Source: an uncultured Bacilli bacterium (lineage in GTDB: Bacteria; Bacillota_I; Bacilli_A; RF39; UBA660). Taken from it: a stretch of DNA of 38,626 nucleotides. The stretch spans positions 1 to 38,626 of the forward strand of contig CALVUT010000040.1 of the NCBI GenBank assembly GCA_944363675.1, in the 5' to 3' direction. This document shows positions 9,847 through 18,665 of the stretch, piece after piece; position 1 is the first letter of the stretch; each line of letters opens with the position of its first letter. Both the position numbers and the translations under genes were made by a program. Under the pieces are notes generated by a model. That model saw nothing but the letters and a program-made list of their open reading frames with translations, was not told the origin of the DNA and searched no databases.

Positions 9847-10746
9847 ATGAAAAAGATTTTAATTTTAGTTATTTCTACAATTTTGCCAATATTTGCATTT
9901 TTAATTGCTATCCTAGTTGCCGTGATGCTGGTTTTAGATTTTTTTGGAAGTAGCACGACGGATTGGTATGTAAAAGATAACATAGCTTATGCTTCAGATT
10001 ATAAAAATGCTTTAAATGAAAATATTCAAAATGGTTATGTACCATTAGAGAGAATATTATATTTTTATTTATCCAGAGATGATTTGAATTTTAGTAAAAT
10101 ATATAGTGATAATTTAGATACGAGTCTTAAAAGAATGAAGCCGATTTCTCTTGTTTGCTCACAGGGAGAATATAAAAATTTTGCAATATGTAATGAATTA
10201 GAATTAAAGCATAGTAATCAAATTGATGAATATCAACAAAAAATTTTTAATAAACCAATAGATTTTTCAAAAATTGCTGTTACCTCATTTTTTATGGAGC
10301 AACGATATGTTTTTGGAGAATTTGATGTTCATCAAGCTTGGGATTTTGCTGCAGAGGCACAAACTGAAGTAATGTCCGTTTGTGATGGGGTCGTTGAAAA
10401 AGTTTCTTTTACATATCAAGAAAATGTTCCTGATACTGCAGGGGGTCTTGGAAATTATATTGTAATAAAATGTAATATGAACGAAGAGATATATAAGATT
10501 ACTTATGGCCATTTATATCCTAATAGTAAGAAAGTAAACGTTGGTGATATTGTTTCAGGAGGTCAAGTTATCGGAAGTGTCGGAACAACAGGCTACAGCA
10601 CAGGTAATCATCTTCATTATCAAGTCCAATTAGAAGACAACAGTTATGTTGATGGAATGAGTTTGATAGATTTTTCAGATGGAGCAGAATTGCCACCATA
10701 TCATGAAGATTATTTGCCTGGAACTGGACTAGATCCACTTTTTTAA
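9847..10746 (+). CDS. M23 family peptidoglycan endopeptidase (conjugative cell-wall hydrolase)
   Basis: N-terminal TM; HQAWD (HxxxD), YGHL, GTTGYSTGNHLHY (HxH) zinc motifs. Confidence 0.9.
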   Translation: MKKILILVISTILPIFAFLIAILVAVMLVLDFFGSSTTDWYVKDNIAYASDYKNALNENIQNGYVPLERILYFYLSRDDLNFSKIYSDNLDTSLKRMKPISLVCSQGEYKNFAICNELELKHSNQIDEYQQKIFNKPIDFSKIAVTSFFMEQRYVFGEFDVHQAWDFAAEAQTEVMSVCDGVVEKVSFTYQENVPDTAGGLGNYIVIKCNMNEEIYKITYGHLYPNSKKVNVGDIVSGGQVIGSVGTTGYSTGNHLHYQVQLEDNSYVDGMSLIDFSDGAELPPYHEDYLPGTGLDPLF

Positions 10747-10762
10747 AACATAAGAAATGCTC

Positions 10763-11027
10763 GTCGTCATTTTTCACATATTCTTTTTCCTCATGTGTCA
10801 TGTTCAATCGTCATGTTAATATGAAACATGTAGATTTTACAAGAGTTTATGAAAGTATGTCGCCAAATTAAATCATAAAATCGTCATTTTTGCAAGTGCA
10901 AAAATGGACAAGACACCATGGAAAGCATAGATTTTTCTTGTGAAAAATCGCATTCATGGTGTCCAACATCTTATGCTCATTTAAATAAAAGATAGTTTGG
11001 CATATAGTTTTTAAAAAAAATGACGAC
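10763..11027. promoter_or_regulatory. Putative origin of transfer (oriT) region
   Basis: Non-coding gap upstream of RHH-RHH-relaxase. Four TCGTCAT copies (one inverted), palindrome CATTTTTGCA-ag-TGCAAAAATG (10885-10906), nested hairpin at 10912-10963. Confidence 0.7.
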
Positions 11028-11060
11028 AAAAAAATCAAAAAATTGATTGGGGGGATATGT

Positions 11061-11249
11061 ATGTATATAAAACGTATTACTTTTAGAATACCAATAGATT
11101 TGTATACAAAAGTAAAGATATTAGCAAATCAAAATTGTATTAGTTTTAACAAACAGCTCATAGAGTTAGTTGCTTTTGGAATACGTGCATTTTTAGAAAA
11201 AGCCCAAGAAACAACTGTATTGAAAGATGAGGGTTTACAAAATGAATGA
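11061..11249 (+). CDS. Arc-like ribbon-helix-helix DNA-binding protein
   Basis: KRITFRIPIDLYTKVKILA...SFNKQL; RBS GGGGGGA before ATG 11061. Confidence 0.8.
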   Translation: MYIKRITFRIPIDLYTKVKILANQNCISFNKQLIELVAFGIRAFLEKAQETTVLKDEGLQNE

Positions 11250-11613
11250 AGAAAAAATTAGGCGTAGAACGATTCGACTGTCGCCGTTTGTTGATGAAGA
11301 ACTTAATGAAATTGCTAAAAAAAATAAAATGAGTGTAAATAAATTAATTGGGGAATTAATTGTATATCACATAAATGAATTAGATAAAATTAATAATGTG
11401 AGCAATGTAGCAGTTATTTTAAATAATTTAGACAATCTTCAAAAAGAAGTAGTAGATTTACAAAAAAAATGTAATTGGCTAAATATATTAGTAAGACAGA
11501 TATTTGTGAATAGTGGTTTTGCCAGAAATCAAAATTTTAAAGAAGATGAGGTTTATCAAAATTTTGTAAGGAATTATTATAATGAGCGATACGAAAAGAA
11601 ATTCGACTCCTAA
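11242..11613 (+). CDS. RHH relaxosome accessory protein with coiled coil
   Basis: RRTIRLSPFVDEELNEIAKKNKMSVNKLI; RBS GAGGG before ATG 11242; overlaps the relaxase start. Confidence 0.75.
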   Translation: MNEEKIRRRTIRLSPFVDEELNEIAKKNKMSVNKLIGELIVYHINELDKINNVSNVAVILNNLDNLQKEVVDLQKKCNWLNILVRQIFVNSGFARNQNFKEDEVYQNFVRNYYNERYEKKFDS

Positions 11614-12943
11614 AATTATTTTTACTTGTAGATATAGATTGGCTTTAACTAATCCTGATAATAAGGTTAGTAGTTCATTCCATGAAAAAAATATGATAAA
11701 AGACATTAAAAGAATGACTAATTATTATAGAGATCCAAAAAAAGAAATTGTAAGTATGATAGATTATTATAGGGGGAGTAAGCAGGATAAAATAGTGAAT
11801 CTTGTTTTAGAAGACGGACATTATGCTACTGAAAATGAATTACAAAAATTTCAAATTCAAATGTCAAATGCAATTAAGAATTCTAACCTGTATAAGGGAG
11901 TGGTAAGTTTTGATTCAGATTGGCTTATAAAGGCCATTAATATTCGTGAGTTAGAAAAAATAATTGCTAAAGAAGTTATGCCGAAATTTTTGCGAAAATG
12001 TGGTTTTGTAGATATGAAAAAAATGCGTTATTGTTTTTCTTTTCATGGTAATACAAATCACATACATTTACACATGGCTTTTGTAGAAACTGCACCTAAT
12101 CATATCAATAGAGATGGTAAGATATTATATCGTAGAAAAGGAAAAATAACTTCTGATGAAAAGAACTTTTTTAAGAATGAATTGTTAATATCAATAGAAC
12201 GACATAAAGTTATGAGACCATTATTAATGGAAGTAAATCAAGAAATTGATGAGTTCAAAAAATATTTTGACGTTCAGGATAAAAATTTTATTCTTAAAAA
12301 TATTTCTGATATTAAATTAGAAGAGAAAATTGTGAAATTAGGTTTCTTAGTTTCTGAATATCGTAAAGATAATAAATTTAAAAAAGTAAAATATGGTTCT
12401 ATAAAAAACAACGCGATAGGTAAGGAAATAAAAAAAATAACGAAAGAAATCAAAGAAGAGTTATTTAGAAATAAGGATTCAGAATTGTATAAACAGCAAT
12501 TAAATGTGCAAAATTCTTTAAATAAACTTACAGATTACTACAAAATTTTAAATAAGGAAAATCATATTGAAGAGAAAGTGAAAAATAATAAATTAGTGTT
12601 AGATAAACAAAAGTATATAGAAAGTTATGTGCTAAATGCAATTGTTAATCATGCGCTTTTCAGATGTAATCGTCTACAAAATATTGTAAAGACTAAAAAT
12701 ACAAAAGATTGCATTACTTTGGATGATTTGTTGCAAGAGCTTGCTTATGAAAAATCGAGAATATATAAAAACAAAAATTTAAAATTACTAATTTTACAAA
12801 ATTATTTCAATACTTCTGTGAATACAAAAAAAGTATTTTTGAAACAGGAAGTTATTAATGCTGTAAAAAATTTGAACCGAGAAATTGATGAAAGTGCAAA
12901 AGAGTTTCATCAATTATTTGTTAATGATGATTATAAAAGATAA
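11582..12943 (+). CDS. MobL-type HUH relaxase
   Basis: N-terminal Tyr motifs (NYY, IDYY), YKGVVSFD, FHGNTNHIHLHMAFVE three-His motif, RRKGKI. Confidence 0.85.
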   Translation: MSDTKRNSTPKIIFTCRYRLALTNPDNKVSSSFHEKNMIKDIKRMTNYYRDPKKEIVSMIDYYRGSKQDKIVNLVLEDGHYATENELQKFQIQMSNAIKNSNLYKGVVSFDSDWLIKAINIRELEKIIAKEVMPKFLRKCGFVDMKKMRYCFSFHGNTNHIHLHMAFVETAPNHINRDGKILYRRKGKITSDEKNFFKNELLISIERHKVMRPLLMEVNQEIDEFKKYFDVQDKNFILKNISDIKLEEKIVKLGFLVSEYRKDNKFKKVKYGSIKNNAIGKEIKKITKEIKEELFRNKDSELYKQQLNVQNSLNKLTDYYKILNKENHIEEKVKNNKLVLDKQKYIESYVLNAIVNHALFRCNRLQNIVKTKNTKDCITLDDLLQELAYEKSRIYKNKNLKLLILQNYFNTSVNTKKVFLKQEVINAVKNLNREIDESAKEFHQLFVNDDYKR

Positions 12944-12964
12944 TAAACGTAAAGGGGGAATATC

Positions 12965-14164
12965 ATGGAAAAAGAAGATTTAATAAGATTTAAAGAGTTA
13001 TCGGATAAGGCAAAAAGTTCATTATTGTATTATCTTGCTTTTAGAACATGTTATGATGTAGATCCAAATATGAGTGATGAATTTGTGTTACATATAAGTA
13101 AGCTAGCATATCAATGCTGGCTTGAAGATGAATATACAAAAAGTGGAATAGATGACTATGCCTCGCTTATTTCTGAGTTTGTATGTTCTAATCAATTAAG
13201 CCTTTCAGATTTAGAAAATATATCTATTTATGATATTGTTGATTGTGTAGTAAATGAAAAGGATTTTGATGAATTACTGCATTTTGATGTTAGTGAAATG
13301 AAATATTGTTTTACAACAAAGAATGATAATAAGGTGTTTCTTGACGAAGCAAAGCAATGTTGCTGTGAAATTGCTCCAAATGGAAAGTTAGTTTTTCGGA
13401 GTGCACCCATGATAAATTTTAGCTCTGATGTTTTTCAGTATTACTTAGCAGAAAATAATTTTAAAATGATTTCTATGTATATGCACTTATACATTAGAAA
13501 AAGGTTAAAAGAAAAAAACTTAAAAGAGTATTATAAGTCTGGAGTAAAGAACTATGAGAAGTATTGCAAGACTCACAATATTCTAAGTAGAGATATCACA
13601 GAAGCAACAGGTACAAACGAAGATATAGATTTGATGAGTGAAGATAAAATATATACTGATGAAAATAAGTTAAAAAAATTACAAAAAGAATTAAAAACAA
13701 CTGATGATATACATGAACACTATTCATACGTAGCCTCATTAAATAATGGAACGGATTATTATTATGATTACGCAAATGAAGAATATGTGGGAATAGATAA
13801 AAATAATGTAACAAAAACTTTTGAAGACGAGCCTCTTTTTTTCTTAGGAGAATTATTGCCAAATAATAAATTTGTTTATGTTAAAAAAGAAGAGCTAGAC
13901 AAATTATGGAATGCTCTAGATGAGGAATACGAAAAGTCCGTTAAGACATTGGATATATCTGATCGATTAGCCAAAGATAATGTGAACAAAATTTTAAGTA
14001 AAGTATTAAATTACATGGATATGAAAGAAATTAAAGAGCCTTTAAATTCGTCTATGGCATTGCATGTAAGAATAATAGATTGTTTAAATACAGAGCACAA
14101 AAAATATTTAATTTCCCAATCAGAACAATACCAAAAGTTAAAAAATATGGAGTTAGAAAAATGA
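12965..14164 (+). CDS. Hypothetical protein, tandem paralog A
   Basis: RBS AAAGGGGGA; alignable by eye with 14300-15442. Confidence 0.8.
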   Translation: MEKEDLIRFKELSDKAKSSLLYYLAFRTCYDVDPNMSDEFVLHISKLAYQCWLEDEYTKSGIDDYASLISEFVCSNQLSLSDLENISIYDIVDCVVNEKDFDELLHFDVSEMKYCFTTKNDNKVFLDEAKQCCCEIAPNGKLVFRSAPMINFSSDVFQYYLAENNFKMISMYMHLYIRKRLKEKNLKEYYKSGVKNYEKYCKTHNILSRDITEATGTNEDIDLMSEDKIYTDENKLKKLQKELKTTDDIHEHYSYVASLNNGTDYYYDYANEEYVGIDKNNVTKTFEDEPLFFLGELLPNNKFVYVKKEELDKLWNALDEEYEKSVKTLDISDRLAKDNVNKILSKVLNYMDMKEIKEPLNSSMALHVRIIDCLNTEHKKYLISQSEQYQKLKNMELEK

Positions 14165-14310
14165 TAGAAATTATTTTATCTATTGTGATAATGGTTTTAA
14201 TTTTGTTTCTTTTTTCAGCATTAAAAATATCTTCTATGTGTTCGCATGATGAAGAATTGGACAATATGCAAAAAATACTATTTGAATGGAGTGATAGAAA
14301 TGAGCAATGA
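14161..14310 (+). CDS. Small single-TM protein (49 aa)
   Basis: ATGA overlap with the upstream stop, RBS GGAG; MIEIILSIVIMVLILFLFSALKISSMCSHDEE... Confidence 0.65.
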   Translation: MIEIILSIVIMVLILFLFSALKISSMCSHDEELDNMQKILFEWSDRNEQ

Positions 14311-15442
14311 AGATACGAAAGAACAATTATATGATAGTATACGACCTAGAGAACGTTGGATTTTAGATTGCTGTTATTTTTATGATTACTCTATGGATCC
14401 AAAATTAATTCGAGCGATTTTTCTTCAATCTCAAGCTTGTTTTAATATTTCTGGATTATCACATAGCAAACAATTTTATGTGGACTTTATTGCTAGAAAT
14501 GTAGTAAAATATAAAATACCTTTTTTAGAGCTTATGGAAATGGATTCTGAACAAATAGTAGATTGCGCTGTTAAAGGATACAGCTTTGAAGACATACTTG
14601 ATTATGATTCAAATTTAGAATATGCTTTTACTACAAAAGATGATAAACGTGTTTATTTAAATGATGATGGCTTTTTTGTTAAAGATAATAACGGTGAAAT
14701 TATTGAGAAACCAAATGGTATGGTGGATCCTGTTTATGATTTGTTTACATATTATCTAGGGGAAGACATGATAAAATCAATGTCCATGAGAACACATGCT
14801 AATATACGTTCTGTTTTAAAAGAAGAAATTTTTGGGGACGACTTTTTAGAAAAAGAATATGAAAATGGCATAAAAAATTATAGAAAATTTTGCAAAGAAA
14901 GAAATATTCTTAGTTATGATATAAATAAAGCTTTGTTTACGAAAAATGATATGGATATTTTTGAGGAAGATAAAATATACAGTCCTCAAAAGAAAGAGAA
15001 TTTTTTAAAGGGCTTGCTACATGAATTAGGTGAAAATAAAGTAAATAAATATAAATACATAGCTTCGTTTACTAATAATGTAGATTACTATCGTGATTTA
15101 AGCAATGGGAAATATTTAGCTATAGATGCAAATAAAATTATGAAAGAATTTGATAATAATTCACTTTTTTTACTTAAGAATATTGGAAAGAATGAAGATT
15201 TTATTTTTTTAGAAAAAAGTGAAGCTGAAAAAATAGCAGAGGAATTAAGTTTGGAAGTTTTTAAGGAAACTTCTTTTTGTGATACTCATTTAAGTGCCGT
15301 AAAAAGTTTTTTAAAAGCGGTTGATTATAAGGAATTAAAGGTTTTTGACAACATGGCTTATACATTATTAAAAAAAATGTGTTTACTGGAAGAAAATAAA
15401 ATAAAAAAAGATAAAAAATCAACTAAAGAAAAAGAGCTATAA
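14300..15442 (+). CDS. Hypothetical protein, tandem paralog B
   Basis: RBS GGAGTG before ATG 14300 (preferred to 14246); shares motifs with paralog A. Confidence 0.8.
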   Translation: MSNEDTKEQLYDSIRPRERWILDCCYFYDYSMDPKLIRAIFLQSQACFNISGLSHSKQFYVDFIARNVVKYKIPFLELMEMDSEQIVDCAVKGYSFEDILDYDSNLEYAFTTKDDKRVYLNDDGFFVKDNNGEIIEKPNGMVDPVYDLFTYYLGEDMIKSMSMRTHANIRSVLKEEIFGDDFLEKEYENGIKNYRKFCKERNILSYDINKALFTKNDMDIFEEDKIYSPQKKENFLKGLLHELGENKVNKYKYIASFTNNVDYYRDLSNGKYLAIDANKIMKEFDNNSLFLLKNIGKNEDFIFLEKSEAEKIAEELSLEVFKETSFCDTHLSAVKSFLKAVDYKELKVFDNMAYTLLKKMCLLEENKIKKDKKSTKEKEL

Positions 15443-15466
15443 AAAGATCTAGAGGGGGGAAATATA

Positions 15467-15712
15467 ATGGATTTTACTAGACTAAATAATGAATTTTTGA
15501 ATATGCAAAAAAAATTAGAAGATAATGAAATATGTATAAAAAAATTAAAACTTTTTATAAAAAGTATAGATAAAGAAATCATAAAATTGGAAGCTAAAAG
15601 AAAAAATGAAAAAGATGTAGTACAAAATGCGATTTATTGTAGCATTATAGAAATCAAAAAAAATTATAGAAAGGAACTTGAGAAAATTTTGAGTATAGAG
15701 GTTAAAGAATAG
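15467..15712 (+). CDS. Hypothetical coiled-coil protein (81 aa)
   Basis: RBS GAGGGGGG; heptad-like Lys/Glu/Leu pattern. Confidence 0.65.
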   Translation: MDFTRLNNEFLNMQKKLEDNEICIKKLKLFIKSIDKEIIKLEAKRKNEKDVVQNAIYCSIIEIKKNYRKELEKILSIEVKE

Positions 15713-15717
15713 AAGGT

Positions 15718-17829
15718 ATGTTTGATAATTTATTAGTAATCATCTTTTTGATTGTCATACTTTTAATTTTAATGTGTTGTGTTGAACCATGGCTTTTTAA
15801 ACAAAAACTGCAAAATAAAAATGAGCATGGATCTGCGAGATGGTCAACAAGAAAAGAGATTAAAAAAAATTTTAGAAAGTCAAATCTTACCAACATAAAA
15901 GAGGTTGGTTTTCCTATTTTTTTTGATAGAAATCTAAAGCATGTATGGTTTGACACAGCAACTCCACATTGGGTGTATTTAGGTTCATCTGGTTCTGGTA
16001 AATCTTCTACAAGTGTAATACCTTTTTGCTCCTTTTTAGCAAATTCAAAGATTAAACGTTCTGCTTTTATTACTGATCCAAAAGCAGAAGTTTTTAATAA
16101 AACCAGTAAAATGTTTTTTGATAAAGGTTATAAAGTTTTAACTATTGATTTTAGGGAGCCAGAAAAATCTCAAAAAATCAATTTACTTGAACCCTGTATA
16201 ATTGAATATGAATCGTATATGGAGCATTTAAAAAAATCAGATAAAATTCAAAATTATATTGAAACTTTAACCAAAAGAAAAAAGGTTCTTATCAAAGAAG
16301 ATGATTATATATCTAAAAATTTTTTAAAACTTTCCTCAGATGAAACAATAAATTTAGAAAGTTATAAAAGAAATCTAAAAAATAATCTTGATTTAATGAA
16401 TTTAGAATTAGAATCTACTAGTAATGAACAAATGAATGAGGAAAATCTTTCTATGTCTCATTATGCAGAATGTAATAGATTGATTGGTTCCATTAGTTCT
16501 ATGATTATGAGTGAAAAAAATGCAAAAGATCCCTTTTGGAATAATAGTGCTAAAAATTTACTTGAAGGAATAATAGGGGTATTTTTAGAAGATTATAAAG
16601 ACGGAAAAATTTCTCGGGAACAAATAACTTTAACTTCTATAAAAAAATTTCAAAATAGTACAATGACGGAAGAAAATTCAGAATATTTTAAACAATATAT
16701 TGAGCAAAAAAAATATGGCTCCAAAAGTAAGGATAGTTTACTTTCAATATTATCGTCATCTGAGAATACATATAAATCAATTACTTCTGTTTTTAATGAA
16801 AAAATGGCGATATTTGATGATATTAATGTTGCTAATATTACCAGCACTAGTGATTTTGATTTTGATATATTAGGAAAAACGCCAGCAGTCCTTTATGTGA
16901 TTATTCCAGATGAGGATGCTACCTATTTTGGATTAGTTACTATGCTTGTTGGTCTAATTTATAAGGAATTGGTAAAATTAGCAAATTCTCAAGACAACAA
17001 AATACTACCAATTCAAATTGATTTTTTATTAGATGAATTTGCAAACTGTCCTCCTTTCCTAGATCCAGGAATCGAAAAAATGGTTAGTGTTGCTAGAAGT
17101 AGAGGAATGAGATTTCATTTATATATTCAGAGTTTTTCACAACTATATAGTGTTTATGGAAGGGATATAGCTCAAGCTACATTAGATAATTGTGGATTGT
17201 GCTATTTGAAAACAAATACTCAGGAAACAGCTGATGAAATTAGTAAGAGATTAGGAAATTATACGACAGAAACAAATTCTATCAATTATTCTTTTAGTAC
17301 AACACATCCAAGTGGTAGCAAAAGTTCTAATTTAATTGGACGTCAATTACTAACAGCTGACGAAGTTAAGCAGTTACATTTTAAGACTATCATTTTTCCT
17401 GTTGTGGGACATCCCATTTTTAGAGATACAGTTTTTTATAAAAAGTTCAAGTGTTATAAATCAGGTACGATTGATAGGCAAAAAACACATTTAAGCCAGT
17501 TAGAAAATACATATTATACTGTAGACGATATTAAATCAAAAAGATTTAAACATTTGAATTCCACAGGAAGAGAAGAATTGGTGCAAAAAAAGGAATTAGA
17601 CAATCTGGTTACAAATATTAAATCAGAATTTGAAATGTTAAAATATAATATTGATTTTGTTGAAAAAGAAAATAATGTAGTTTGCGTGATAGGATTTTAT
17701 AATCCTTTGTCTACCAATAAAATTTTCAATATTACACAGCTCATAGATGAAGAAAAATACGAATGGAAAGTAAAGAGTCATGACATTGAAGAAAAGTTTG
17801 CAACAGAGTTAGAAATTACATTAATATAG
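15718..17829 (+). CDS. virD4: VirD4/TraG-like type IV coupling protein
   Basis: N-terminal TM, HGSARW, Walker A GSSGSGKS, TDPKAE, DPFW, LLDEFAN, SVARSRG, QSFSQL, RQLLTADEV. Confidence 0.93.
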   Translation: MFDNLLVIIFLIVILLILMCCVEPWLFKQKLQNKNEHGSARWSTRKEIKKNFRKSNLTNIKEVGFPIFFDRNLKHVWFDTATPHWVYLGSSGSGKSSTSVIPFCSFLANSKIKRSAFITDPKAEVFNKTSKMFFDKGYKVLTIDFREPEKSQKINLLEPCIIEYESYMEHLKKSDKIQNYIETLTKRKKVLIKEDDYISKNFLKLSSDETINLESYKRNLKNNLDLMNLELESTSNEQMNEENLSMSHYAECNRLIGSISSMIMSEKNAKDPFWNNSAKNLLEGIIGVFLEDYKDGKISREQITLTSIKKFQNSTMTEENSEYFKQYIEQKKYGSKSKDSLLSILSSSENTYKSITSVFNEKMAIFDDINVANITSTSDFDFDILGKTPAVLYVIIPDEDATYFGLVTMLVGLIYKELVKLANSQDNKILPIQIDFLLDEFANCPPFLDPGIEKMVSVARSRGMRFHLYIQSFSQLYSVYGRDIAQATLDNCGLCYLKTNTQETADEISKRLGNYTTETNSINYSFSTTHPSGSKSSNLIGRQLLTADEVKQLHFKTIIFPVVGHPIFRDTVFYKKFKCYKSGTIDRQKTHLSQLENTYYTVDDIKSKRFKHLNSTGREELVQKKELDNLVTNIKSEFEMLKYNIDFVEKENNVVCVIGFYNPLSTNKIFNITQLIDEEKYEWKVKSHDIEEKFATELEITLI

Positions 17830-17842
17830 GGGGTGATTAGTT

Positions 17843-18070
17843 ATGTATATAAATAATTTAGGAAAAATAATTCGCTCTGAGCGTAGAAGTTGGGGAATGA
17901 GTAAAAGAAAGTTAGCTAAATTATCATATACTGATGTAGAAACGATTGAAGATATAGAATCTGGAAAAGAAAAAAATCCAGATTTTTTTCTTATGCTAAA
18001 AATTTGCGACATATTGGAAATAAGCGTTTTTACTTTATTAAAAGAAAAGAACTTTTTGAAAGGAGAATAG
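17843..18070 (+). CDS. XRE-family HTH transcriptional regulator
   Basis: LGKIIRSERRSWGMSKRKLA...IEDIESG..KNP...LKICDILEIS. Confidence 0.88.
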   Translation: MYINNLGKIIRSERRSWGMSKRKLAKLSYTDVETIEDIESGKEKNPDFFLMLKICDILEISVFTLLKEKNFLKGE

Positions 18071-18074
18071 ATAT

Positions 18075-18665
18075 ATGAGAAAGGCATTAATGTTAGGTGT
18101 TGTATTTTTTTTAATAGGATTTACTATATTAAGTTTTAGCGTTTATCAGGATATACAATATGCACATGAAGATGAAAAAATGTTAGAAGATTTTTTTGCA
18201 TCTGAATATCAATCCGATAATGTAAATATGAGTAAAAATGATTCAAAAACAAATGATTCTGAAAATTATATCAATTCCTATCTTGCAGTAATAGAAATAC
18301 CGAGTTTGAATTTAAAGACTGGAATAGTTATGAGTAATTCTTCTTTCACTACGATGGACCGAAATGTAAGCATATATCCAACTTCAACTATGCCAGATCA
18401 ACACGGAAATTTTATTTTGTTTGCTCATAGCGGGAATAGTCGAACTTCTTATTTTAAAAACATTTGGAATTTGAAAATAGAAGATGAAATCTATATTTAT
18501 TATCATAATGTTAAATATGTTTATAAGGTTTCTAACGTTTCAGAAGTTTCTATGTATAATAACAAACCAATAGAGAATGAAGGCAAAGATAAAATTACAT
18601 TGATTACATGTAATCCGCAAGACAACAGTGTTCGAATAGTTGTACAGGGGGAAAAACATGAATGA
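18075..18665 (+). CDS. Sortase (class D/E-like)
   Basis: N-terminal [24 protein letters not shown], downstream catalytic Arg (VRIVV). Confidence 0.9.
   Translation: MRKALMLGVVFFLIGFTILSFSVYQDIQYAHEDEKMLEDFFASEYQSDNVNMSKNDSKTNDSENYINSYLAVIEIPSLNLKTGIVMSNSSFTTMDRNVSIYPTSTMPDQHGNFILFAHSGNSRTSYFKNIWNLKIEDEIYIYYHNVKYVYKVSNVSEVSMYNNKPIENEGKDKITLITCNPQDNSVRIVVQGEKHE

Noticed and set aside
10750-11040. CRISPR array or MITE
   Set aside because: Repeats are 7-12 bp and irregularly spaced, with no cas genes and no target duplication; position before the relaxase fits oriT better.
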